DNA from: Alphaproteobacteria bacterium
Lineage (GTDB): Bacteria > Pseudomonadota > Alphaproteobacteria > RF32 > CAG-239
DNA: 64,000 nt
Reading direction: 5' to 3'
NCBI GenBank assembly: GCA_017465945.1
Contig: JAFTVD010000007.1
Coordinates: 4,926-68,925 of the forward strand
Numbering within the stretch: position 1 is the stretch's first letter; the number at the start of each line of letters is the position of its first letter. The notes beneath the pieces are model-generated. The model searched no databases and was not told where the DNA came from. It was given only the letters and a program-made list of their open reading frames with translations. The translations under genes and the position numbers were made by a program. Shown piece after piece: positions 30,934 to 39,370 of the stretch.

Positions 30934-31998
30934 ATGCGAAATTACATTATAAAAAGACTTCTTTTAATCCCTGTAACTTTATTTGGCATATTACTAATAA
31001 ACTTTGCCATTATCCAGTTAGCTCCAGGTGGACCAGTAGAATATATGCTCGCTCAATACAAAGGACTAAATACTTCCGCCACCGCAAATATAAATTCTGG
31101 CACTCCAAATCTAAACGAACAAAAATATCAGGGCTCCAAAGGTTTACCTAACGACTTAGTAAAAGAGCTTGAAAAACAGTTTGGTTTCGATAAACCTGTT
31201 CACATCCGTTTTATCAAAATGTTAAAAGACTACATATCCTTTGATTTTGGTAAAAGTTATTACAAAGACAAAACAGTAATAGAGCTAATAAAAGAACGCT
31301 TGCCTATCTCCATATCACTAGGATTATGGTCAACAATTTTAATATACCTCATAGCAATACCTCTTGGCATAAAAAAAGCACGAAAAGATGGTGAAAAGTT
31401 TGATATAATAAGTTCTTTTATCATTTTCATAGGTTCTGCTATTCCAGTATTTTTATTTGCCGTATTACTTATTGTCTTATTTGCAGGAGGAACATATTTT
31501 CAACTATTCCCCCTAAAAGGCTTAACTTCTGATGGTTGGGAAAATTTCAGCCTAACACATAAAATACTTGATTACTTTTGGCACATAACCCTACCTACAA
31601 TTTGTATTGTCATAGGAGGAGTTGCATCACTTACAATGCTAACCAAAAACTCATTTATGGATGAATTAAGCAAACAATACGTGCTAACCGCCAAAGCTAA
31701 AGGATTGTCCGAAAAAAGAATTCTCTATAAACATGTTTTCCGCAATGCTATGATGATTATTATTGCCGGTCTTCCATCTCTATTAATAAAAATTCTATTT
31801 ACAGGCTCTCTTTTAATAGAAATAATCTTTAGCTTAAACGGCATGGGGCTACTTGGATATGAAGCAATAATGACCAGAGATTACCCCGTAGTATTTGGCA
31901 CATTATACATCTTCGCTTTACTTGGATTAATCTTAAAACTAATAAGTGACCTAACCTATTCACTGGTAGACCCTCGCATAAATTTTGATAAAATATAA
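30934..31998 (+). CDS. ABC transporter permease (YejB/OppB-like, BPD_transp_1)
   Basis: Six TM helices and the EAA-like loop LTAKAKGLSEKRILYKHVFRNA, typical of OppB/YejB permeases. Confidence 0.85.
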   Translation: MRNYIIKRLLLIPVTLFGILLINFAIIQLAPGGPVEYMLAQYKGLNTSATANINSGTPNLNEQKYQGSKGLPNDLVKELEKQFGFDKPVHIRFIKMLKDYISFDFGKSYYKDKTVIELIKERLPISISLGLWSTILIYLIAIPLGIKKARKDGEKFDIISSFIIFIGSAIPVFLFAVLLIVLFAGGTYFQLFPLKGLTSDGWENFSLTHKILDYFWHITLPTICIVIGGVASLTMLTKNSFMDELSKQYVLTAKAKGLSEKRILYKHVFRNAMMIIIAGLPSLLIKILFTGSLLIEIIFSLNGMGLLGYEAIMTRDYPVVFGTLYIFALLGLILKLISDLTYSLVDPRINFDKI

Positions 31999-32017
31999 TA
32001 AAAAACATCACAAAAAA

Positions 32018-32041
32018 ATGGGGATTTCTCCCCATTTTATT
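32018..32041. terminator. bidirectional intrinsic terminator
   Basis: aatggggatttctccccatt hairpin flanked by A- and T-runs. Confidence 0.65.
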
Positions 32042-32065
32042 AAAGTTAATTTGTTTTCAGCTTCT

Positions 32066-32446
32066 TTAATCTTTGCTCTTCGAGGCAAGCAATCTTTCCC
32101 GCCTAATCTGCTCACATATTTTCTCAGCCTTCTGTGCTACAGGATTACTAGCAAACCATATTGCACTTTTTGCTTTTTCTAAAGAATTTGGACTACATTC
32201 AAAAACCGGATCATCTTTTGATTGTTCACCTATAAGTTCTGAAGAATTTGGACTACATTCAAAAACCTGACCATCTTTTGATAGTTCATCCATAAGTTTT
32301 GTTCTCCCTACTTCTTCTTTAGGATTAATTTCCGCTCCTGCTTCAATCAATGTTTCAAGTATTTCTGCATCTTTCTCACCAGAAACAAGAGATTTCACTC
32401 TTTCTTTTGCCTCTGCCAATTTTTCTTCATTTGTCTTACTCATCAT
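32066..32446 (-). CDS. small protein with one ankyrin-like motif and a 20-aa tandem repeat
   Basis: AEILETLIEAGAEINPKEE is ankyrin-like. Tandem SKDGQVFECSPNSSELIGEQ / SKDDPVFECSPNS. GGGAGA RBS upstream of the ATG at 32446. Confidence 0.4.
   Translation of the reverse strand: MMSKTNEEKLAEAKERVKSLVSGEKDAEILETLIEAGAEINPKEEVGRTKLMDELSKDGQVFECSPNSSELIGEQSKDDPVFECSPNSLEKAKSAIWFASNPVAQKAEKICEQIRRERLLASKSKD
32181..32300. repeat. 2 x 60-bp direct tandem repeat (about 88% identical) inside the ankyrin-like gene
   Basis: aaagaatttggactacattcaaaaaccggatcatcttttgattgttcacctataagttct / gaagaatttggactacattcaaaaacctgaccatcttttgatagttcatccataagtttt. Confidence 0.8.
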
Positions 32447-32660
32447 CTTTCTCCCATATAAAAAATGACCACGAACTTCCATTCGTTGCCACATTCAAGT
32501 TAAAATATATTTTTCTATCAAGTTTATAGGTGTGTAGAAAACAGACGATTCTCCACATTCTTTATGTTTTAACGCTAAAAAATTACACATAAACATTATC
32601 ACATCTCCTATAATACCATCATCATATCATATTTTTTAACTAATTTCAACTTTTTTATCT

Positions 32661-32690
32661 AAAAAAAGCGATAGTTAAAACTACCGCTTT
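32661..32690 (-). terminator. intrinsic terminator for the phosphofructokinase gene
   Basis: Imperfect hairpin agcgatagtt...ctaccgct, with a 7-T run on the minus strand. Confidence 0.5.
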
Positions 32691-32713
32691 TCACTCACCC
32701 AAAACCATTCAAA

Positions 32714-33796
32714 TTATTTTACTTCACCAACATACATACCCATTTCAATAGCTGCTCTAACATAAACACTATCTTTATTAAGCATTGTTGTACCTTCAGA
32801 AACAACTTGCTCCAATGGATATGTTTCTATTTTATCACCATTTAATGCCACCATAACATCTGTATGTCCCTCTTTTAACAATTCAACAGCTTTTGCACCA
32901 AAAGCACAAGCAAGCGCTCTATCAAAAGCAGTTGGATCGCCAGCTCTTTGAACATGACCAAGTTTAGTAACACGAGTTTGGAACTCAGAATATTTTGCAT
33001 TAATAGCAGAACTCAAATATTCACCAATACCACCATTAATTTTTTCACCAATCAAATTCTTTGTACCTGACACCATTTCACCACTTTCTGTATGAACACC
33101 TTCAGATACAACAATCACAGCATGTTGTCTGCCACTTTTCTTAACTTCTTTTAATTTATTAATAATACCATCAACAGTATATGGAATTTCAGGCACCAAA
33201 CAAACATCAGCAAAACCAGCCACAGCAGAATGCATAGCCAAATGTCCTGCATCTCTACCCATAACTTCCAAAATCAAAGCTCTTTGGTGAGAACGAGCTG
33301 TTTTCCACAAAGCATCAACAGCCTCAACACATACTTGGCAAGCAGAGTTAAACCCAACAGAATATTGTGTTAAAGGTGTATCATTATCAATAGTTTTAGG
33401 AATACCAACCATTTTAACACCAGCATTTTTACAATAGTTGCTAACAATATTCATACTACCATCACCGCCAACAACTACAACAGCATCCAAGCCCAATTCT
33501 CTAACACCATTACCAAAACGTTTAGAAATTTCTGCTTGAGATTCCATTTTAACACCTTTGTTTAAAGAACCTAAATATGAACCTGCAAGTCTTGGCCAAG
33601 GTGTATCCGAAAAATTACGAGTAGTTAAAAGCTCATAAGACAAAGGAGCTTCTGTTAAACCATCTGTACCATTATGAATACCATAAACTTCCCAACCATA
33701 TTTATTAGCAGAGTTAACCACAGACATCACAACAGCATTAAGTCCAGCACAATCGCCACCACTTGTTAAAATACCAATTTTTTTGATTTCAGTCAT
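32714..33796 (-). CDS. 6-phosphofructokinase (PfkA family; GIPKTIDND variant hints at a PPi-dependent type)
   Basis: GILTSGGDCAGLNAVV, VVVGGDGS, PKTIDND and MGR motifs. 360 aa. Confidence 0.88.
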   Translation of the reverse strand: MTEIKKIGILTSGGDCAGLNAVVMSVVNSANKYGWEVYGIHNGTDGLTEAPLSYELLTTRNFSDTPWPRLAGSYLGSLNKGVKMESQAEISKRFGNGVRELGLDAVVVVGGDGSMNIVSNYCKNAGVKMVGIPKTIDNDTPLTQYSVGFNSACQVCVEAVDALWKTARSHQRALILEVMGRDAGHLAMHSAVAGFADVCLVPEIPYTVDGIINKLKEVKKSGRQHAVIVVSEGVHTESGEMVSGTKNLIGEKINGGIGEYLSSAINAKYSEFQTRVTKLGHVQRAGDPTAFDRALACAFGAKAVELLKEGHTDVMVALNGDKIETYPLEQVVSEGTTMLNKDSVYVRAAIEMGMYVGEVK

Positions 33797-34014
33797 ATTT
33801 TTTTCCTATTTAAATAAAGTTCATCATTAATGATAAAGCACTCATACTTTATAATTTTTATATAAACTAGCATAAAAATACTTTTTTTCACTATTTTTTT
33901 TATTTTCGTCATCAAAAATTCTTGATTTTTATCAAAAATTGCTATATACTATGCACAAATAATAAGAATCGCACCAAGGCGACACAAACTTTTTTTCTGA
34001 GGAGTTAAAATAAA

Positions 34015-34227
34015 ATGGTTAATTCAAATTCTTTCAATAAGCTACAAGTTCAACTTTGTGAGCTTAAACTAGAAGAAAGAAGGGTTAAATCAGACATTAC
34101 TAAACTTGTAAAAAACAAACAAATGATAGATTTCTATCAAGCTCAACAATTAAATAAGCAAAAAACAAGTTTAAAAAACAAAATCCAAAGTTTGGAAACT
34201 ATGATAAACCCAAACATTATTGCGTAA
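34015..34227 (+). CDS. small coiled-coil protein (70 aa)
   Basis: Strong GAGGAG RBS 7 nt upstream; heptad-like charged sequence; no motif. Confidence 0.3.
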   Translation: MVNSNSFNKLQVQLCELKLEERRVKSDITKLVKNKQMIDFYQAQQLNKQKTSLKNKIQSLETMINPNIIA

Positions 34228-34288
34228 AACTTTGTTTTGAATACTTTGGTATCAAGTATCACTACGTTTAAAAATTAGGTAAAAAAAT

Positions 34289-35443
34289 ATGAAAAACAGC
34301 AAATATAGTACAATTTTTCTTGTCGTGTTTGCTGTTTTTATTTTATTTAGCGCTCTCTACACATTATTTGTATACAAAACAGACTACTTAAAAATTTTCG
34401 TCGTATACTATAAACCTGCCCCTCTAATTAAATCAGAAATTTTTGAACCAATACAAGGAGGACGCTCTATATCAAACAGCCCCTCACGAGCAGGAACATT
34501 CACCAAAGAACAAATATCTTGGTTAGAAAAAAATATGATTGGTGACAATACAGGAGAAAACATTTCAGAACTAAATCGTCATTTTGCAGAACTAACAGCT
34601 TTTTATTGGATATGGAAAAACACAACCACACCATTTGTTGGAATGTTTCAATATCGTAGATACTTAAGTATAAATAATAATGCAAACTATCCTATGATAG
34701 ATTTTCCATCTATGCGTTTTAGACATTTAGGCATAAATCATCTAAAAGGTTTTGCAAAAGAATTTTTACGAGATTTAGAACTCGAAAAAAAATTCATACT
34801 CCCTTGGTTTGCAACTCATGATGTTTTAGTATCAGAACCAATAAAATTAAACACATACGAACAATACAAAAACGAACACGTAATAAGCGATTTAGATAAA
34901 GCTCTAGAAATAATAAAAAATAAATACCCTCATATGTATAATTTCGCTATAGAAAACTTAAATAGCCAAGAAGGATTCTACCCAACAAATATGCTAATCA
35001 CCAGAAGAGAAATCTTAAACGACTATGCTTCATGGTTATTTAGTATCATTATCCCTCTGTATGAGGATATAAAAGAAGACCTACAAACAAGAGATACAGA
35101 ACAAAAGCTAGCCCTAGCATATATATCAGAACGTTTATTTGGCATATATTTTCGTTACCATCAAAAATACCATGGTTTACGCATTAAAGAATTCCCATTT
35201 GCCCTTGCATCAGAATTTTTTAACCCTCCTGCAGGTACTCCTTTTATAAAACTAAAAACAAAAGACTGGGAAGATATCTTTATTCAACAAACAGAAGACA
35301 GAATTTGTGGTTTCAATAATCCTGACTTCTATTGTGGCAAGTTCACAATATTACCACAAAATCGCCTACAAGTAAAATGGGATAAAGGCAAAACATCTAT
35401 TTTCCGCCAAGCTTCAGACAATTTATTCGTTCTTGAAAAATAA
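34289..35443 (+). CDS. DUF4422-like putative glycosyltransferase (polysaccharide/LPS modification)
   Basis: N-terminal TM, then IFVVYYKPAPLIKSEIFEPIQGG and ELTAFYWIWKN, which match the DUF4422 consensus (IFVAyHK..pl.kddv..PIqvG / E.TAlYWiWKN). Confidence 0.5.
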   Translation: MKNSKYSTIFLVVFAVFILFSALYTLFVYKTDYLKIFVVYYKPAPLIKSEIFEPIQGGRSISNSPSRAGTFTKEQISWLEKNMIGDNTGENISELNRHFAELTAFYWIWKNTTTPFVGMFQYRRYLSINNNANYPMIDFPSMRFRHLGINHLKGFAKEFLRDLELEKKFILPWFATHDVLVSEPIKLNTYEQYKNEHVISDLDKALEIIKNKYPHMYNFAIENLNSQEGFYPTNMLITRREILNDYASWLFSIIIPLYEDIKEDLQTRDTEQKLALAYISERLFGIYFRYHQKYHGLRIKEFPFALASEFFNPPAGTPFIKLKTKDWEDIFIQQTEDRICGFNNPDFYCGKFTILPQNRLQVKWDKGKTSIFRQASDNLFVLEK

Positions 35444-35532
35444 TCTTTACAACAATAAATTAACGTAACTTAAACAAATTATATCTACACTAATAAATCA
35501 TATTATCTAAACATAAAATATAGGAAAAGTAA

Positions 35533-37470
35533 ATGCATGCAATACACCCTCTAATCATTGATTTAACAATGGTTACTATTTATGCCGGACTCACAACACT
35601 TTTATGCAAAAAATTAAAACAACCTATTATTTTAGGTTACCTTTTAGCTGGCATACTCGCAGGCCCATATTTTAATTTACTCCCCACCATTACAGACAAA
35701 GAAGATTTAGTCCTCTGGGCTGATATTGGTGTAATTTTCCTACTTTTTGGCTTAGGTTTAGAGTTTAGTTTCAAAAAGATGGTAAATGTAGGCAAATCCG
35801 CTATGATAACGGCAACCGCCAATATTTTATTTATGCTATTTTTAGGATATAACACAGGTTTACTACTTGGATGGTCTGCTATGGATAGTTTCTTTTTAGG
35901 TTCCATGATATCAATGTCCTCCACCACCATTATCATAAAAGCATTTAACGACTTAAACATAAAAAAACAAAAATTTGTAGATTTGGTTTTTGGTGTATTA
36001 ATTATTGAAGATTTAGTTGGTATCTTGATGTTGGTATTACTACCAACTATTGCCCTTGGAAAAAACATCAATGGCATAGAACTAGCCTTAAGTGCTATCA
36101 AATTAGTTTTCTTCCTAATATTATGCTTCATTACAGGTATATACCTTGTTCCAACATTTTTACAAAAAATTCAAAAATTCCTAAATGATGAAATGCTATT
36201 ACTAATAACAATAAGTATGTGTTTTGGTATGGTATTACTCGCAACCTATTCAGGCTTCTCAACAGCTTTAGGTGCATTTATAATGGGTTCAATATTATCC
36301 GAAACACCATTAATAGAGCGCATAGAAAAAAATTTAAGCCCCCTAAAAGACTTCTTCGGAGCAGTATTTTTCATCTCCGTTGGTATGATGGTAAACCCCA
36401 TAATGTTTGTAACATATGCCAAACCCATTTTTGTAATAACAATGATTGTTATTGTGGGTAAAATATTATTTTCATGTTTTGGTTTTGTTGCCTCAGGACA
36501 ACCCCTAAAAACATCTATCTATGGAGGATTTTCACTTGCACAAGTTGGTGAATTTGCATTCATTATTGCATCTCTTGGTATGAGCTTAGGAGTCTTAAGC
36601 GATAAAGTATACCCAATTATCGTTGCTGTATCAGTAATAACAACCTTTTTAACTCCTCTTATGATAAAATCAGCAGATTCTGCATACAAAAAAATCAAAA
36701 AAATGCTACCCGAAACATGGTTAAATTACATCGATAAATACTCCACTTCCACACCTCTAACTCATAGTGAAGAACGCTTATGGGGTGCATTATTCAAAAA
36801 TTACTTAATACGTTTAAGTTTATTCTCATTTATCCTATATAGTATTATATTATTCTCTACATTCATTCGTCCGTTTATCAGAGAATTAATTCCATATCGC
36901 ATACCCGCAAATATTGTAATGACATTACTAACATTTATGTTAATGGCACCATTTTTAAAAGCTCTAATCGGATGGAACATTGTAACATCAAAATTTATAA
37001 AAGATAAATTATCATGGCTATTTCCTAAAAAACAAACCGAAGAAATAGAACTAGCCGTACAATGCGCCCAAGACGAACATCATTCTCTAACAGAAACCTT
37101 ACATTTAGAAAATATATGTAACACTCTTGATGATAAAACTATTCGTTTGCGTAAATTCTTTTCCGATAAAAACCAAGTATCCAAGATATACTACAAATTA
37201 TGGATGGCAAAAAAAGCAAATCGTTTACCATTAATAATTTTAACAAGTTTCCGTATTCTTGTTTGCTCATTTTTTATCGTTACAGTCGTACACAAATTCC
37301 TAAGTGAAAATCCAAGAATAACTTTCCTACTTCTTCTTTTAACTATATTCTTTATCTCACGTTCTCGCTGGTTATTAGACCAATACATAAAAATCGAAAA
37401 CCAATTTTTACATAACCTAAAAGGTCAAAAAAGACAAGAAGAACTCGAAGAAAACAAAGAAGAAAAATAA
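35533..37470 (+). CDS. monovalent cation:proton antiporter-2 (CPA2/Kef-type) with an atypical C-terminal membrane extension
   Basis: N-terminal about 380 aa carry the CPA2 Na_H_Exchanger fold (GYLLAGILAGP, IGVIFLLFGLGLEFS, motifs across 12 TMs). C-terminal about 260 aa have extra hydrophobic segments and no RCK/TrkA-N motif (GxGxxG absent). Confidence 0.75.
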   Translation: MHAIHPLIIDLTMVTIYAGLTTLLCKKLKQPIILGYLLAGILAGPYFNLLPTITDKEDLVLWADIGVIFLLFGLGLEFSFKKMVNVGKSAMITATANILFMLFLGYNTGLLLGWSAMDSFFLGSMISMSSTTIIIKAFNDLNIKKQKFVDLVFGVLIIEDLVGILMLVLLPTIALGKNINGIELALSAIKLVFFLILCFITGIYLVPTFLQKIQKFLNDEMLLLITISMCFGMVLLATYSGFSTALGAFIMGSILSETPLIERIEKNLSPLKDFFGAVFFISVGMMVNPIMFVTYAKPIFVITMIVIVGKILFSCFGFVASGQPLKTSIYGGFSLAQVGEFAFIIASLGMSLGVLSDKVYPIIVAVSVITTFLTPLMIKSADSAYKKIKKMLPETWLNYIDKYSTSTPLTHSEERLWGALFKNYLIRLSLFSFILYSIILFSTFIRPFIRELIPYRIPANIVMTLLTFMLMAPFLKALIGWNIVTSKFIKDKLSWLFPKKQTEEIELAVQCAQDEHHSLTETLHLENICNTLDDKTIRLRKFFSDKNQVSKIYYKLWMAKKANRLPLIILTSFRILVCSFFIVTVVHKFLSENPRITFLLLLLTIFFISRSRWLLDQYIKIENQFLHNLKGQKRQEELEENKEEK

Positions 37471-37474
37471 ACAC

Positions 37475-38083
37475 TCAAACATTATTTTTTAATAAATATT
37501 TTGCTATAAAGTTAGACAGGGTAGCTCTATTTACACCTAAAATTTTTGCCATCTGATTTTTAGATACTTTTTTATTTATTAAATTTATTATCTGTTCTTC
37601 CTTGCCTGTTAATTTCAATCGACTACTTTTTCGCCCTTTAGGACGTCCTAAAATTTTCCCTTCAGCTTTTAATCTCATTAAAGCTTCTTTAGTTCTTTGC
37701 GATATAAGATTCCTTTCAATTTCTGCAGATAACCCAAAAGCAAAAGCCAAAACTTTTGATTGAATATCTTTTCCCAACCGATAATTATCTTTAATAGTCC
37801 AGACTTCCACTTCTTGCGACATACAATAATTTAATATCCCCATAACTTGTAACAAATTTCGCCCCAACCGAGATAATTCAGAGGCAATTAAAACATCACC
37901 TTTTTTCAATTTTTTTAACAAACAACCAAGTTTTCGCTTATCAAGATTCTTTGAAGAGCTAATTGTTTCTTTAATCCATTTATCTATATGTATATCATTA
38001 GCACATGCAAAATGTTCTATCTCAAAATGTTGATTTTCTGTAGTTTGTTTATCTGTACTAATCCTAATATATCCGTAAATCAT
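37475..38083 (-). mobile_element. serine recombinase (resolvase/DNA-invertase family) gene
   Basis: Catalytic motif GYIRISTDKQ, the resolvase core (DVLIASELSRLGRN) and a C-terminal HTH (KNQMAKILGVNRATLSNF). No transposase nearby. Confidence 0.85.
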
Positions 38084-38137
38084 AACAAAGCCTTTCTTTC
38101 TGAAATTAAATAAACTTCGTTATAATACTTAAAATTT

Positions 38138-38893
38138 TTATTCCTTCCAAATAAGAGGATATATTACTTCAAATCCACTATTATGAGTAGCACCATTAAC
38201 TACTTTCACCAAATTTTCATCATCCACAAAATCATACACAAGTTTTGAAGGTATCACATCATCTTTACTTCCAATATAATGAATTTGAGGTATCTTCATA
38301 TATTCATTTTTATAATCAGTTAAACTCATTGATTCATTTAATGAAGGCAAATTATGATACTCTGTCCAACTAAAATGGTCTAAATTTCCCCCAATAGTTA
38401 CCAATTTAACAACGTTTATCCCCTTTTTTGCAACACTAACCAAACCTGCAACTTGTGCTCCCCCAGAAAACCCCACTAAAATAACCTTATTATCTTTTGC
38501 TACACTCTTTATTGCCTCATATGAGGCATTTATTACCTCCGGTGCAAAACGAGCAGTAGTCCAATGTCTCTGAGCACACATTTCATCTTTTACAAATTGG
38601 CAAGGTCTTGCTAAATAAATAACATTTTCATTGTAATCATTAAAAGCAATTTCCCTTAAAAGCTTTCCTCTTGGGGTTGGATTATTTGTTGGTCTACCAT
38701 ATGCATCAAAAGAAGCTCCATCTCCTTCAATATACACCTTAAACTTCCCTTTAGGGTTTGCAACCTTTTGCCAACTAGCAAGCTTAAAAGTATTTGTTTC
38801 TATTTCTTTATAAACAAACTCATCAGGTATAACAAACCCCTTACACCCACTTAATAAAACCACTATAACAAATAAAAACTTTTTATAAAACAT
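38138..38893 (-). CDS. alpha/beta-hydrolase lipoprotein (esterase/lipase-like)
   Basis: Lipobox LLSGCKG and nucleophile elbow G-F-S-G-G (ILVGFSGGAQVAG); downstream D and H candidates. Confidence 0.5.
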   Translation of the reverse strand: MFYKKFLFVIVVLLSGCKGFVIPDEFVYKEIETNTFKLASWQKVANPKGKFKVYIEGDGASFDAYGRPTNNPTPRGKLLREIAFNDYNENVIYLARPCQFVKDEMCAQRHWTTARFAPEVINASYEAIKSVAKDNKVILVGFSGGAQVAGLVSVAKKGINVVKLVTIGGNLDHFSWTEYHNLPSLNESMSLTDYKNEYMKIPQIHYIGSKDDVIPSKLVYDFVDDENLVKVVNGATHNSGFEVIYPLIWKE

Positions 38894-38895
38894 AA

Positions 38896-38920
38896 CAAAA
38901 AAGCCCTACATCCGTAGGGC
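38896..38920 (-). terminator. intrinsic terminator after the small lipoprotein gene
   Basis: gccctacggatgtagggc hairpin plus a TTTTTT run on the minus strand. Confidence 0.55.
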
Positions 38921-38930
38921 ATATCTCCAA

Positions 38931-39236
38931 TTAATTAGCAGTTCCAAAATTCTTCAAATTTTGAATAATTGTAGAAGCTGTAGATTGCGATTCTTGGCTA
39001 ATTCCAGCAGATTCTAAAGCCAATTTTTTCAAACAAACACTAACCAACTCATCAGAAGTAGCACTAATAGATTTAGTAAACAATGTTCCTGTTTGAAATC
39101 TAGAATTAGCTTCGCTAACCAAACAAGCTCTCATTTTTGTCTTTGCACTTGCATTACTATCTGCCACCGCATATTGAGACAAATCAGCACAACCACTAAG
39201 CAACAATAAAGATAAAACTAAAGCCTTTTTCATCAT
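38931..39236 (-). CDS. hypothetical lipoprotein (101 aa)
   Basis: Lipobox LLLLSGCADL. Confidence 0.4.
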   Translation of the reverse strand: MMKKALVLSLLLLSGCADLSQYAVADSNASAKTKMRACLVSEANSRFQTGTLFTKSISATSDELVSVCLKKLALESAGISQESQSTASTIIQNLKNFGTAN

Positions 39237-39370
39237 TTTTCTCCTAAAAAATTAACTATAACATTATCTAAAATGAAAACATAACTCTGTCAAATCTTTT
39301 AATTTAAGACGTAAACTTTTATTCACATAAATTTAATTTCTATCCAATCTAACTTATAATACACAATAAA

